A DNA stretch of 64,000 nt from Fimbriimonadales bacterium (GCA_025061985.1 JANXAW010000026.1:22738-86737), one strand, 5' to 3'; shown: positions 19,738 to 30,498, counted from the stretch's first letter. The notes: generated by a model not told the origin, from the letters alone. A program made the numbers and translations.

Positions 19738-19862
19738 AACAACCCCCTGCCTTAGATTGTACCCGCGACGGGCAACGCACAGTGCCTCACCCCATACGAG
19801 TAGGTAAGGTTGGCACTTGTTGCGCAGGCACAATACCGCCCGAGGCGCAGGTGCGCCTTAGA

Positions 19863-20750
19863 TTAGACGCTCAAAGAAGCCGTTGCATTACACAGCGCCA
19901 GCTGATCCGCCAGCCACTCCAGCGAGTCTGCAAGGCGCGGTCCAGGGCGACTGAAGTACATGTTGCCGTCCGTAATAAACACGGCGCCACGTCGCACGGC
20001 AGGCAGGTCGTGCCAGCCTGGCATCGCTTCCAAAGCAGGCATATCCTGCAAGGTGCGCTCCACGGCGAACCCGCAGCAGGCAATCACGATGGCTTCGGGC
20101 TGCCAGCGCAGCACCTCGTCCCAGCTTAGGCGGCGCGAGGGGCGTCCCGCAACGCCATGCCCATCAATGCCCCCAGCAAGTTGCACCAGCTCAGGTGTCC
20201 AGTGCCCGCAGCTGAAAGGCGGATCGAGCCACTCTAAGAAAGTCACCCGCACAGGCGGGCGGTTGCGCGTGCGCTGGCGCACGCGCTCTATGCGTGCCTT
20301 GAACTCAGCCACCAAAGCACGCCCCCGCTCAGGCACGCCCGCCGCGTCTGCCACCATCTGAAAGGTATCCATCACTCCCTGCAGCGTGGTTGGCTCGAGG
20401 TTTAGCACCCGCGTGCGCGGACTGAGCATCGCTACTGCCTCTTGCACCGTGTTGTATGACACGGCACACACACTACATAAAGCCTGCGTAATCAGCAAGT
20501 CAGGATCCAACTGGCGCAGCAGCTCCAAATCCAGCCCATAGAGGGTGGCGTGCGTCATCAGCGTCTCAGAGACCATGCGGTCAATCTCGCGGCTGGGCAG
20601 GTCGGGCGGAATGAGGCTATAAGTAATCACGGGGCGGTCTAAAATCTCTGGCGGATAGTCGCACTCATGGCTGCGGGCAACCAGATAGTCCCCCAATCCA
20701 AGCGCACATACAATCTCAGTGGCACTGGGCAGCAGCGAAACAATCCGCAT
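19863..20750 (-). CDS. BtuF/TroA-like cobalamin/Fe-siderophore-binding family protein
   Basis: MRIVSLLPSATEIV, SHECDYP, EWLDPPF..GHW.PE, YFSRPGPRL. Confidence 0.85.
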   Translation of the reverse strand: MRIVSLLPSATEIVCALGLGDYLVARSHECDYPPEILDRPVITYSLIPPDLPSREIDRMVSETLMTHATLYGLDLELLRQLDPDLLITQALCSVCAVSYNTVQEAVAMLSPRTRVLNLEPTTLQGVMDTFQMVADAAGVPERGRALVAEFKARIERVRQRTRNRPPVRVTFLEWLDPPFSCGHWTPELVQLAGGIDGHGVAGRPSRRLSWDEVLRWQPEAIVIACCGFAVERTLQDMPALEAMPGWHDLPAVRRGAVFITDGNMYFSRPGPRLADSLEWLADQLALCNATASLSV

Positions 20751-20836
20751 ACGCCGATTATACCTCTGAAGGCGCCGCTCTCCACCGCAACATAACTAAC
20801 GCAATAGCGCTGCCGTCATAGGTACAATCTCTTCTG

Positions 20837-21646
20837 ATGCCCGATAAAGTCACAACCCGCACGTTGCAGCAAATGAAGGTGCAGGGGCGACGCATTGTTG
20901 CCCTGACCGCCTACGATTATCCCTCCGCTCAGTTGGCAGACGCTGCGGGCGTGGACGTGATTTTGGTGGGCGACTCAGTGGGCAACACGGTGCTGGGCTA
21001 TGAGAACACCCTGCCTGTGCAACTGGAGGAGATTTTGCATCACCTCCGGGCGGTTCGCCGCGGTGTGCAACGCGCCTTGCTGGTTGCTGACATGCCGTTC
21101 CTAACTTACGGCGTATCGGTAGAGGAGGCGGTCTACAATGCAGGCAAGCTGATTCAGGCAGGTGCGGAGGCGGTCAAAGTGGAGGGCGCCAGCCCGCGCG
21201 TGCTGGAGTCGATTCGCGCGATGGTCGGCATCGGCATCCCCGTGATGGCACACTTGGGGCTAACCCCGCAGTCGATTCACCAGTTTGGCGGCTATCGGCT
21301 TCAAGGGCGCACCGCCCCTGAGCAGGAGGCGTTGGTACAATCAGCGCACGCGGTGCAGGAAGCGGGCGCGTTCAGCCTTGTGTTAGAGGTCATCCCCGCC
21401 AGCCTCGCCCAACGAATCACCCAGGAACTGCGCATCCCCACGATTGGCATCGGCGCGGGCCCGCATTGCGACGGAGAAATCCAAGTGTGGCACGACATCT
21501 TGGGGCTGAGCCCGCACCAGTACAAGCACACTAAGCGCTACGCCCACCTGCGCGAGACCATCCTCAACGCCTTGCGCCAGTATGTTGAGGAAGTGCGCAC
21601 GGGTCAGTTCCCCACCCTTGAGCAAAGCTTTGAGGTGAAATCGTGA
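20837..21646 (+). CDS. panB: 3-methyl-2-oxobutanoate hydroxymethyltransferase
   Basis: TAYDY, LVGDS, DMPF, VKVEG, HLGLTPQS, TIGIGAG. Confidence 0.96.
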   Translation: MPDKVTTRTLQQMKVQGRRIVALTAYDYPSAQLADAAGVDVILVGDSVGNTVLGYENTLPVQLEEILHHLRAVRRGVQRALLVADMPFLTYGVSVEEAVYNAGKLIQAGAEAVKVEGASPRVLESIRAMVGIGIPVMAHLGLTPQSIHQFGGYRLQGRTAPEQEALVQSAHAVQEAGAFSLVLEVIPASLAQRITQELRIPTIGIGAGPHCDGEIQVWHDILGLSPHQYKHTKRYAHLRETILNALRQYVEEVRTGQFPTLEQSFEVKS

Positions 21647-22197
21647 GCGCGGAGCTGCTTCAGCAGATAGGCGCGGTTTTGCACGGGCACTTTCTGCTGA
21701 CTTCTGGCAGGCACAGCGCCGTCTACTTTGAGAAGTTCCGCTTGCTGGAGCGACCGCGTCTGCTTAGCGAGTTCGTGGCAGCTATGCTGGCAGGATTGCC
21801 TGCGCAGCAGGCGCAGCTGGTGGTTGGTCCAACACTCGGTGGCGTGCTGGTGGCATACGAAGCGGCGCGTCAGTTAGGCATCCCCGCTGCTTACGCAGAG
21901 CGCGAAGGCGACAAACGCGCCTTCCGTCGCAACGGCGCACCTAAACCCCATACGCCCGTGCTGGTGGTAGACGATGTGCTGACCACAGGCACCTCCATCC
22001 GCGAGGTATTGGAGCTGCTGCAGGGCTACCAAGCGCAAGTGGTGGGCATTGGCGTGCTGATTGACCGCTCCGAGCAGCCAGTAGATTTCGGCGTGCCTTT
22101 CCACTGCGCTTTGCGACTGCCTGCTTCCAGCTACGATCCATCTGAGTGCCCACTGTGCAAAGCGGGCATTCCCCTCACCAAGCGCGGCAGCCGCTGA
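21643..22197 (+). CDS. pyrE: Orotate phosphoribosyltransferase
   Basis: GHFLLTSGRHS, PRPP motif VVDDVLTTGTS, C-terminal CPLC; GTGA overlap with panB. Confidence 0.93.
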   Translation: MSAELLQQIGAVLHGHFLLTSGRHSAVYFEKFRLLERPRLLSEFVAAMLAGLPAQQAQLVVGPTLGGVLVAYEAARQLGIPAAYAEREGDKRAFRRNGAPKPHTPVLVVDDVLTTGTSIREVLELLQGYQAQVVGIGVLIDRSEQPVDFGVPFHCALRLPASSYDPSECPLCKAGIPLTKRGSR

Positions 22198-22253
22198 GAC
22201 GCAAAACACCCGCCTCATCCTTTTCGGCTTCCCCTTTCCAACAAACCTGCCTC

Positions 22254-22288
22254 GCGGTTCCCCACCTGCAAGGAGAAACCTGTGGGAG
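22254..22288 (+). repeat. Degenerate copy of the CGGTTCCCCC...GGGGGAACC intergenic repeat
   Basis: CGGTTCCCCACCTGCAAGGAGAAACCT resembles the copies at 29573 and 49244. Confidence 0.4.
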
Positions 22289-22317
22289 CCGAGCACAGTC
22301 GGTATAATAAGCCCACT

Positions 22318-22983
22318 ATGTATGCGATTATCGCGGGCGGCGGTGGCATTGGCTACCACTTGACTAAGGCGCTCCATCAGCACGGCTACGAGGTCTTGCT
22401 CATTGAGAAAAACCGCAAGCGGGCGATGGATTTGGCAGACGACTTGGGCGAGCGCGTGATGTACGGCGACGCGTGCGAGGTGCGCGTACTAAACGAAGCA
22501 GGCGCGCGACGCGCCGATGTGGTGGTAGCAGCTACAGGCGACGACGAGGATAACCTTATCATCTGCCAATTGGCAAAAAACTACTTCAAAGTCAAGCGCG
22601 TGTTAGCCATTGTGCGCGACCCACGCCACGAAGCGCTCTTTGCACGACTGGGCATCCACGAAACGATTTGCAGCACGCGGTTCATTTTCAACATTCTGCA
22701 GCAAGAAGTAGAATACGGCGAGGTGTTGCCCATCGGAGCAATCATGCGCGGGCAAATTGAGGTCGTAGAAGCGGAAATCACGCCCGAATCGCCCGTGGCA
22801 GGCAAAAGCATCGGCGAAATCGAGCTGCCCCCTAAGACGCTCTTAGCAGCCGTAGTGCGTCATGGGCAACTCATGCTTGGCTTGGCGAACCTAATTTTGC
22901 AGCCGGGCGACACCGTGATTGCCCTCACCCCGCCCGAACACGAGCAACAGCTAGCTCGCATCATCCGCGGCACTGCACGCTAA
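22318..22983 (+). CDS. trkA: TrkA family potassium uptake regulatory protein (RCK_N + RCK_C)
   Basis: IIAGGGGIG, GDACE, ATGDDEDN, SPVAGKSIGEI; ATG at 22318. Confidence 0.88.
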   Translation: MYAIIAGGGGIGYHLTKALHQHGYEVLLIEKNRKRAMDLADDLGERVMYGDACEVRVLNEAGARRADVVVAATGDDEDNLIICQLAKNYFKVKRVLAIVRDPRHEALFARLGIHETICSTRFIFNILQQEVEYGEVLPIGAIMRGQIEVVEAEITPESPVAGKSIGEIELPPKTLLAAVVRHGQLMLGLANLILQPGDTVIALTPPEHEQQLARIIRGTAR

Positions 22984-23038
22984 GTCGTACAAGCGCGCTG
23001 GCGGTGGTGAGGAGTGGAGCTATCCCAACGGTCAGGGG

Positions 23039-23935
23039 CTAATGCGTGCGCTCCACGGCATAGGCTGCCAGCCAGCGCAGCGGTTCGGCACGCTGATCGA
23101 AGTCGCAAAGCGCACTTAGCGCCTCTTGATACGCTTGGCGGGCATGCGCGCGAGCCGTTTCTATCCCGAAGAGGGCAGTGTAGGTTGCCTTGCGACGGGC
23201 GCGATCGGAGCCAACAGGCTTACCTAACTGCTCAGGCGTAGCAGTCTCGTTGAGAATATCGTCGGTAATCTGAAACGCCAGCCCGAGCGCACGGCTGTAG
23301 GCATCTAATGCACTCAGTTGGTGGGGCGTCGCCCCTGCCAAGAGTGCCCCTGAAAGCACGCTGGCGCGAATTAGCGCACCCGTCTTGCGCGTGTGTATCG
23401 CGCGTAACTGCTCAGCGGAAACCGTTTCCCCTTCGCTTAGGATGTCCTCCGCCTGACCACCACACATCCCCTGCAACCCTGTGGCATCCGCTATTAGGTG
23501 TAGCACGGCGACAACATGCTCGGCGGGGCTGAAATCCGCTTGGCGGGCAATCAGTTCAAACGCTTTTGCAAACAGCGCATCGCCTGCCAAAATCGCCATC
23601 GCCTCGCCGTACTTAACCCACACCGTAGGCTGTCCACGACGCAGGCGGTCATTGTCCATCGCAGGCAAATCGTCGTGCACCAAGCTAAAAGCGTGAATAA
23701 GCTCCAGCGCACAAGCAGTCGGCAACACCCGCTCAGCATTGCCCCCCAAGGCCTCCGCAGCCGCGATACACAGGATTGGGCGCAGACGTTTGCCCGCCCC
23801 TAACGCAGCGTAGCGCATCGCCTCAGGCAACTGACGTGGCAAGGGCTGGTCATACGCAAGATACGCCTCTAACGCGCGGTTCACCAGTACCACACGAGGC
23901 GCCAGATACTCCTGCAAGCGCGCCTGCCACTCCAT
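23039..23935 (-). CDS. ispA: Polyprenyl (farnesyl/geranylgeranyl) diphosphate synthase
   Basis: GKRLRP, FSLVHDDLPAMDNDRLRRG, GQ, KTGAL, FQITDDIL. Confidence 0.93.
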   Translation of the reverse strand: MEWQARLQEYLAPRVVLVNRALEAYLAYDQPLPRQLPEAMRYAALGAGKRLRPILCIAAAEALGGNAERVLPTACALELIHAFSLVHDDLPAMDNDRLRRGQPTVWVKYGEAMAILAGDALFAKAFELIARQADFSPAEHVVAVLHLIADATGLQGMCGGQAEDILSEGETVSAEQLRAIHTRKTGALIRASVLSGALLAGATPHQLSALDAYSRALGLAFQITDDILNETATPEQLGKPVGSDRARRKATYTALFGIETARAHARQAYQEALSALCDFDQRAEPLRWLAAYAVERTH

Positions 23936-24003
23936 CGGCATAAGAATACCTATGCTTTGCAGGAATCACAGCAAGGCAAGAGATACTATTAGGTTAGAGG
24001 AGG

Positions 24004-25596
24004 ATGACGACGATGGTTTTCAAGAGCCCATACGCAGATGTGACCATTCCCGACATCGGCGTCGTTCAAATGGTCTACCAGCACGCTTTGGAGTACGGCG
24101 ACAAGCCCGCAATGATTGATGGTCCCACAGGGCGCACCCTTACCTACCGCCAGTTGTATGGGGGCGTGCGGCGCGTAGCGGGCAACCTCGCCAAGCGTGG
24201 GCTGCAAAAAGGCGATGTGGTCGGCATCTACAGCCCCAACCTGCCTGAGTACGCTTTGGCATTCCACGGAGTCGTGTTGGCAGGCGGAGTCGTCACCACA
24301 GCAAACCCCCTCTACACTGCCGATGAGTTAGCTTACCAGCTACGCGACTCTAACGCCAAGTTCCTAATCACGGTTCCCCCCTTGCTAGACAAGGCACGCG
24401 AGGCAGCGGCGAAATCGAATGTGCAAGAGGTATTCGTGATTGGCGAAGCGGAGGGTGCTACGCCGTTTACTGAGTTGCTTGCCGAAGCAGAGCCGCCCGA
24501 AGTGCCACTCAACCCCGCCGAAGACCTCGTGGTACTGCCCTACTCCAGTGGCACAACGGGCTTGCCCAAAGGCGTGATGCTCACCCACCGCAACCTCGTG
24601 GCAAATATGGCGCAAATACTCGGCTCAGGCGTAAACCTCCAACCTGACGATCGCGCAATCGGCGTGCTGCCGTTTTACCACATCTACGGCATGCTGGTCA
24701 TCCTCAACCTCTGCCTCTACAAAGGCATGACCATCGTCACGATGCCGCGCTTTGACTTGGAGCAGTTCCTCAAGATTATGCAAGACTACAAGATTACGCG
24801 CGCAAACCTTGTACCCCCGATTATCTTGGCACTGGCAAAGCACCCAATCGTAGACAACTACGACCTCTCACACCTGCAGATTATCACATCGGGTGCAGCG
24901 CCGCTTAGTGCTGATTTAGCAGAAGCGTGCGCAAAACGCTTGAATTGCATCGTGCTTCAGGGCTACGGGCTGACCGAGACGAGCCCTGTCACCCACCTCA
25001 ATCCAGAAGACCCCGCCCGTATCAAGCTCGGCTCGGTGGGCGTGCCGATCGCTAACACCGAGTGTATGGTGGTGAGCTTGGAGACGGGCAACCCGCTGGG
25101 CGTGCGTCAAGAGGGCGAAATCTGGATTCGCGGCCCACAAGTGATGAAGGGCTACCTCAACAACCCTGATGCCACTGCGCAGACGATTACGCCCGAAGGC
25201 TGGCTGCGCACGGGTGATGTGGGCTACGTGGATGAGGATGGCTACTTCTACATCGTTGACCGCGTCAAGGAGATGATCAAGTATAAGGGGTTGCAAATCG
25301 CGCCCGCGGAGCTGGAGGCAGTGCTGCTTACGCACCCTGCCGTAGCAGATGCTGCCGTTATTCCCAGCCCCGATGAGGAAGCAGGCGAAGTGCCCAAAGC
25401 CTTCGTGGTGCTCAAGGGGCAAGCTACCGCTGAAGAACTAATGGAGTATGTCGCCGCGCGCGTTGCCCCCTTCAAGAAAATTCGGCGCGTGGAGTTTGTA
25501 GAGCAGATCCCCAAGTCGCCGTCGGGCAAAATCCTGCGCCGTGTGCTGGTGCAGCAAGAGCGCGAGCGCGCCGCTTCCCAAGGCGGAACTGGATAG
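24004..25596 (+). CDS. 4-coumarate-CoA ligase-like AMP-dependent acyl-CoA synthetase
   Basis: YSSGTTGLPKG, QGYGLTE, GEIWIRG, GWLRTGD, PKSPSGKILRR. Confidence 0.9.
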   Translation: MTTMVFKSPYADVTIPDIGVVQMVYQHALEYGDKPAMIDGPTGRTLTYRQLYGGVRRVAGNLAKRGLQKGDVVGIYSPNLPEYALAFHGVVLAGGVVTTANPLYTADELAYQLRDSNAKFLITVPPLLDKAREAAAKSNVQEVFVIGEAEGATPFTELLAEAEPPEVPLNPAEDLVVLPYSSGTTGLPKGVMLTHRNLVANMAQILGSGVNLQPDDRAIGVLPFYHIYGMLVILNLCLYKGMTIVTMPRFDLEQFLKIMQDYKITRANLVPPIILALAKHPIVDNYDLSHLQIITSGAAPLSADLAEACAKRLNCIVLQGYGLTETSPVTHLNPEDPARIKLGSVGVPIANTECMVVSLETGNPLGVRQEGEIWIRGPQVMKGYLNNPDATAQTITPEGWLRTGDVGYVDEDGYFYIVDRVKEMIKYKGLQIAPAELEAVLLTHPAVADAAVIPSPDEEAGEVPKAFVVLKGQATAEELMEYVAARVAPFKKIRRVEFVEQIPKSPSGKILRRVLVQQERERAASQGGTG

Positions 25597-25606
25597 CCTG
25601 CAAACG

Positions 25607-25650
25607 GAGTGGACGCCCTCGCATCGCTGTCGGCGGGGGCGTCCGCACTC
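25607..25650. repeat. Imperfect inverted repeat (REP-like or terminator)
   Basis: GAGTGGACGCCCTCG ... CGGGGGCGTCCGCACTC. Confidence 0.5.
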
Positions 25651-25738
25651 TGGTAGGATGACACCTTTGCTGGTGCGAGACGACGGTGCGGGACGCCTTC
25701 GTATCCTGTGCAACAACTAGTCGGAGAGCGCTCCACCC

Positions 25739-26620
25739 ATGGCGTCCCCTACTCTCAGCATCTGCATCGTGAACTGGAACACGCGCGAGTTGCTTCGCGC
25801 GTGCCTGCGCTCCCTTTACCGCTACCCGCCGTCAGAGCCGTTTGAGGTAATCGTGGTGGATAATGCCTCGCCCGACGGCAGTGCTGAAATGGTGCGCGCC
25901 GAGTTTCCCCAAGTGTTGCTGATCGCTAACTCCGAAAACTTTGGCTACGCGAAGGGCAACAACCAGGCGATGGAGCGCGCGCAGGGCGAGTTCGTGCTGC
26001 TGCTCAACCCCGACACAGAAGTGTTTGAGGACACCTTGCAGAACGCAATTGCGTTCATGCGTGCCCATCCTGAGGCAGGAGCAATCGGCGCCAAGCAACT
26101 GTTCCCCGACGGGCGTGTGCAAGCCTCCGTGCGCGGCTTCCCAACCCCTGCTAACTTGCTGTTTGAGGTATCGGGGTTGGCTTGGGTCTTTCCACGCTCG
26201 CGCCTACTTGGCGGCTACCGCATGCGCTGGTTCACCTACGATACCCTCGCCGAAGTCGATCAGCCGATGGCAACCTTCCTAATGACCCGCCGCACCGTTA
26301 TCCAGCAGGTAGGGCTAATGGATGAGGCATTCCCGCTCTTTTTCAACGATGTGGACTGGTGCTACCGCATCAAGCAGGCAGGTTGGCGCATCTACTTCGT
26401 GCCCGAAGTGCGCATTTTGCACCACGGGGGCGCCAGCACAAAGCAAGTGCGCTTAGAAGCAATCCGCGAGTCGCATCGCGCCCTAGAACGGTTTTATCAG
26501 AAGCACTACAAAGAACGGCTCAATCCGCTCCTCTACGCGCTTTGCATCGGCGCGATTCGGTTTGGGGGGCTTGTGCGCGTGTGGTACGCACGCTGGCAAC
26601 AAACTCGCCCGCGCTCCTAA
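25739..26620 (+). CDS. Glycosyltransferase family 2 (WbbL-like rhamnosyltransferase type)
   Basis: IVNWN, VVDNASPDGS, LLLNPD, DEAFPLFFNDVDWC, HHGGAS. Confidence 0.9.
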   Translation: MASPTLSICIVNWNTRELLRACLRSLYRYPPSEPFEVIVVDNASPDGSAEMVRAEFPQVLLIANSENFGYAKGNNQAMERAQGEFVLLLNPDTEVFEDTLQNAIAFMRAHPEAGAIGAKQLFPDGRVQASVRGFPTPANLLFEVSGLAWVFPRSRLLGGYRMRWFTYDTLAEVDQPMATFLMTRRTVIQQVGLMDEAFPLFFNDVDWCYRIKQAGWRIYFVPEVRILHHGGASTKQVRLEAIRESHRALERFYQKHYKERLNPLLYALCIGAIRFGGLVRVWYARWQQTRPRS

Positions 26621-26736
26621 CCAAACCGCTTCGCCAATCGGCGCGCCAGCAGAAATGGCTGCTGCACCTCGCTGAACACTTGGGCGGTACCTCAAGCAGC
26701 AGGAACCCTTCCCCTCGCGTCTAACACACACTACCA

Positions 26737-29451
26737 ATGGCACGGATAGCACTATTGGTTGCAGGGATGGCGATCGTGGCACAGCTGGCGTTTAGTCAAC
26801 ACCCGCGTCCTGACTTTGAGCGCACCCTTTGGCAGTCGCTGAACGGCACTTGGGAGTTCCAGTTTGACCCTCAGAACATAGGCATTCAGCAGAACTGGCA
26901 GAGTTTGCCCAAGCCCTACGAGCGTACAATCCGCGTGCCCTTCGCGTGGGAAAGCAAGCTTAGCGGAATCGGCGATACGATGTTTAAGGGCGTTGCGTGG
27001 TATCGCCGTGAGTTCAGCCTACCCGAAAAGTGGCGCGGCAAACGGATTTGGCTCTGCTTCGGCGCCGTGGACCACCACGCCACTGTGTGGATCAATGGCG
27101 AGCGCGTGGGTGAGCACGAAGGCGGCTACTCCGAGTTCCGTTTTGACATTACCCCTTATGTGCGCTTTGACCGACCGAACACGGTAGTGGTGCGCGTGGA
27201 AGACCATACTGACCGCTCCACCCCCTTAGGCAAGCAAACGCCTGAGTGGTACACCAGCGTAAGCGGCATCTGGCAAAGCGTGTGGCTGGAAGCTACAGGC
27301 GCCGCAGCAATCCAGCGCTTCCGAATCATCCCTCTTGCGAATGAAGCGGGCGTGCCCACAGGTGTGATAGAGTTCATCGTGGAAATAGACCGTGCCCAAC
27401 AGCACGAGCCGCTCCAGTTGGAGCTGCGCTCACGCAACCGTCTCTTCCCAACGCGGCGCTTCGGCATCTTAGAAGGCGAAACCTCCAAAACTTTCCGCTT
27501 GGTGCTGGAAAACCCGCGCCTCTGGACGCCCGAGAATCCGCACCTATACCCCTTCGAGCTGCGTCTGCTCTCAAAGGACGGTAAGCGCTTGCAGGATGCC
27601 GTGCGGGGCTATTTCGGCGTGCGCACAGTACGCTGGGGCACCTACAAAGGCTCTGAGTTCAGCTACGTGCTGCTCAACGGCAAACCGATTTACTTGCGTG
27701 GCGTATTAGACCAATCCTATAACCCTGACGGGCTGTACACTGCCCCTGATGATGCGTTCCTCAAGCGCGATATTCTGCTTGCAAAGCAAGCGGGCTTCAA
27801 CATGCTGCGCATCCACATCAAAGCCGACGAGCCACGCAAACTCTACTGGGCAGATAAACTGGGCATTTTGGTGCAAGCAGACATCCCCTGTTTCTATGTG
27901 CCTTCCGAGCGCGCCCGAACCCTGTTTGAAAAAACCCTGCGCGACCAAATTTTGCGCGATTTCAACCATCCTTGCATTATCGCGTGGACTATCTTCAACG
28001 AAGAGTGGGGCATCGGCGCGCTTAGCCCTGAAAACCGCGCCCATCGCGTGGAATGGGTGCTGCAGATGGTACGCCTTGCGCGTAGCTTAGACCCAACCCG
28101 CCTCGTTCACGACAACTCAGGTTGGGCACACCTGGAGACAGACCTCAACTCGTTCCACTGGTACGGGCGGAATGTTGACCTGTTTCGCCAGCAGTACCAG
28201 ACAGTGAACCGCCAAGAAGTAGGCAAAGACAAGACTTGGAACTATATCGACGGGCGGCGCAGCCGTGGAGAGCCATTCGTCAATAACGAGTTTGGCTACG
28301 TCGCCGCTTTCGACGGCGATGGTGACTGGTCGTGGGGCGGGCTGGCATTGCTCAACACCCTGCGCAGCTTAGATAAGCTGGTGGGTTACACCTACACAGA
28401 ACTCACCGATATCGAGTGGGAACACAATGGCGTTTACAACTATGACCGCAGCCCCAAAGAGTACGGCTTCGATTTTTGGGCGCCGGGGATGAGTTTACGC
28501 GACCTGTTCGCAGAAGACTTTCTGGTGTTGGACGTGCCCGCTATCAAGCGCGCCACGCGGGGCGAAGTAGCGCAAGTACCAATCTTGTTTAGCCACTACT
28601 CAGGGCGCTTCGCAGAGAGACCTTTTACGCTCTTCTATCGGCTGGACTACATTGACGCGTTGGGCAACCGCCACCGAGGGCGAGTTCATCGACAGGTTTT
28701 CGCGCGTACACCTGCTTATCAACTGGTGCCCCTAACGATTGCAGTAGTGCGACTACCCAACGAGCCGTGTTTAGCGACGCTGGTGGTGTGGGCAGAGGAT
28801 TGGGAGCGGCGGCGCGTGCACATCAACTACACGCAGTGGCTGGTGGACATTGAATCGTTGCCGAAGGTGGAAATCAAGCGAGGGCAGGTCATCTTACGCT
28901 TTGCGCCTACCGAATACACTGTTAGTGAGTTTAGCGTGCAAAGCAAGCCAGACCGCCCCTTGCAAGGCAAGCATTGGGCACGCGGGCACGGCTGTGTGGA
29001 ATATGCTCTCACGATCCCCCAAGGCATATCCATTGCGGACATTCGGCGCATTCGCTTGCGGATGGAGGTCGGGGCACGCGCAGGACGCGAGAAAGTAGAC
29101 TGGGCACAACGCATTCATCCTGAAGACTACCCGCAAACCGACGGCAAGAAGTATCCTTCGCGCGTGCTGGTAGAAATCGCAGGTGAGCGCGCTGCCACGT
29201 GGGAGCTGCCCGACGACCCCGCCGACGCACGTGGTGTGCTATCGCATTGGGCAGGGATTGAACGCGGCTCCTACGGCTACTTGCGCGAGGCAGTGCTAAA
29301 GATGAATCCCGTTATCCGCGCCCGCATTCAGCAAGAGCGTAAACTAACTATCCGACTCATTGTGCCTCCCGACCTGCCAGGTGGTATCGCCATCTACGGC
29401 GCCACAATGGGCTGCTACCCTTTGGAGCCGACGGTGATCCTTGAACTCTAG
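26737..29451 (+). CDS. Secreted glycoside hydrolase family 2
   Basis: Signal peptide; LNGTWEF, FGAVD, HEGGY, SGIWQSV, WTIFNEEWG (acid/base), NNEFG (nucleophile). Confidence 0.88.
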   Translation: MARIALLVAGMAIVAQLAFSQHPRPDFERTLWQSLNGTWEFQFDPQNIGIQQNWQSLPKPYERTIRVPFAWESKLSGIGDTMFKGVAWYRREFSLPEKWRGKRIWLCFGAVDHHATVWINGERVGEHEGGYSEFRFDITPYVRFDRPNTVVVRVEDHTDRSTPLGKQTPEWYTSVSGIWQSVWLEATGAAAIQRFRIIPLANEAGVPTGVIEFIVEIDRAQQHEPLQLELRSRNRLFPTRRFGILEGETSKTFRLVLENPRLWTPENPHLYPFELRLLSKDGKRLQDAVRGYFGVRTVRWGTYKGSEFSYVLLNGKPIYLRGVLDQSYNPDGLYTAPDDAFLKRDILLAKQAGFNMLRIHIKADEPRKLYWADKLGILVQADIPCFYVPSERARTLFEKTLRDQILRDFNHPCIIAWTIFNEEWGIGALSPENRAHRVEWVLQMVRLARSLDPTRLVHDNSGWAHLETDLNSFHWYGRNVDLFRQQYQTVNRQEVGKDKTWNYIDGRRSRGEPFVNNEFGYVAAFDGDGDWSWGGLALLNTLRSLDKLVGYTYTELTDIEWEHNGVYNYDRSPKEYGFDFWAPGMSLRDLFAEDFLVLDVPAIKRATRGEVAQVPILFSHYSGRFAERPFTLFYRLDYIDALGNRHRGRVHRQVFARTPAYQLVPLTIAVVRLPNEPCLATLVVWAEDWERRRVHINYTQWLVDIESLPKVEIKRGQVILRFAPTEYTVSEFSVQSKPDRPLQGKHWARGHGCVEYALTIPQGISIADIRRIRLRMEVGARAGREKVDWAQRIHPEDYPQTDGKKYPSRVLVEIAGERAATWELPDDPADARGVLSHWAGIERGSYGYLREAVLKMNPVIRARIQQERKLTIRLIVPPDLPGGIAIYGATMGCYPLEPTVILEL

Positions 29452-29462
29452 AGGAGACGCTC

Positions 29463-29615
29463 CCCTGAACCCTCCTGCAAGCTCTTTTGCTATGTAAGGA
29501 AGGACCTTAGGAGGGAGTTCAAGGCTTTGCCCCTTGCAGGTTCCCCCCACGAGGGGGGCCCGAAAAAAAAAACTCGGTTCCCCCTTCCCAGGGGTGAACC
29601 TTATGGAAGGGGGTT
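29463..29615. repeat. Composite palindromic repeat element (MITE/REP-like) with a central A10 run
   Basis: AGGTTCCCCCCACGAGGGGGGCCCG-A10-CTCGGTTCCCCCTTCCCAGGGGTGAACCTTATGGAAGGGGGTT; its right half matches 49244-49286. Confidence 0.65.
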
Positions 29616-29628
29616 GCTACAACGCAGT

Positions 29629-30498
29629 TTAGGAGGATGGCCCGATTTCTAAGCGCACGAAGCGCACCACCTTCAGGTCGCCTGCCGTTTTGAGCAACTC
29701 GCCGATGGTCTTAGATTCGTCCTTGTAAAACGGCTGCTCCAGCAGGGCGACGCGCTGGATGAAGTTTTTGTTCACGCGCCCTCGCGCGATGTTTTCAGCG
29801 ATGTTTGCGGGTTTGCCTTCGTTGAGGGCGCGCTGCTTCTCGATTTCCAGCTCTTGCTGCAGCACCTCAGCGGGGATCTCGTCTTTGCTAAGGTACTTGG
29901 GCGCGCCCCATGCGACTTGAATAGCGATTTCGTGGGCAAGGTGGCGCATTGTATCGGGATCGGCATTACCCGTCAGCACGACCATCGTGCCCACGAGCTT
30001 GTTGTGGTGGATGTAGACGTCTACGATACCGTTTTCACCTTCAGGCACGCGCGCCACTGCGTAGTTTTGGAAGGCGATGCGCTCGCCTGTCTTACCCATC
30101 ACCAACTCGATCAGTTTTTCAACGGTGGTATTCGGATCTCCGAATGAGGGGCGCTGGAGCAAGGTGTCCATCTTGCCTTCCTCGCCGAGTGCGAGGGCGT
30201 GGCGCACCAGCTCGTCCGCGAGTTTCTGGAACTCCTCGTTTCGCGCCACGAAGTCGGTTTCGCAGCGCAGGTCAATCAGGGCGCCAGCGCGTCCATCCTC
30301 GCTGATGATACCTGCGATCACGCCCTGATTTACCTCTTTGGTGGCGCGCTTGGTGGCGATGATGGCGCCTTTCTGGCGCAAGATGAGGCGGGCTTTCTCC
30401 AAATCCCCGCCCGCTTGCTCCAGCGCCTGCTTGCAGTCCATAAACCCTGCACCAGTTTCATCGCGTAACTCCTTGATCAGTTGAGGGCTGATGTTCAT
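29629..30498 (-). CDS. tsf: Translation elongation factor Ts
   Basis: [28 protein letters not shown]; ATG at 30498 overlaps the rpsB stop. Confidence 0.96.
   Translation of the reverse strand: MNISPQLIKELRDETGAGFMDCKQALEQAGGDLEKARLILRQKGAIIATKRATKEVNQGVIAGIISEDGRAGALIDLRCETDFVARNEEFQKLADELVRHALALGEEGKMDTLLQRPSFGDPNTTVEKLIELVMGKTGERIAFQNYAVARVPEGENGIVDVYIHHNKLVGTMVVLTGNADPDTMRHLAHEIAIQVAWGAPKYLSKDEIPAEVLQQELEIEKQRALNEGKPANIAENIARGRVNKNFIQRVALLEQPFYKDESKTIGELLKTAGDLKVVRFVRLEIGPSS

Noticed and set aside
20751-20836. Cobalamin riboswitch upstream of the BtuF-like gene
   Set aside because: Only 86 nt of divergent spacer, and the -10 sits 6 nt from the ATG, leaving no room.
29463-29615. CRISPR array
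   Set aside because: No regularly spaced direct repeats with unique spacers here or elsewhere, and no cas genes.
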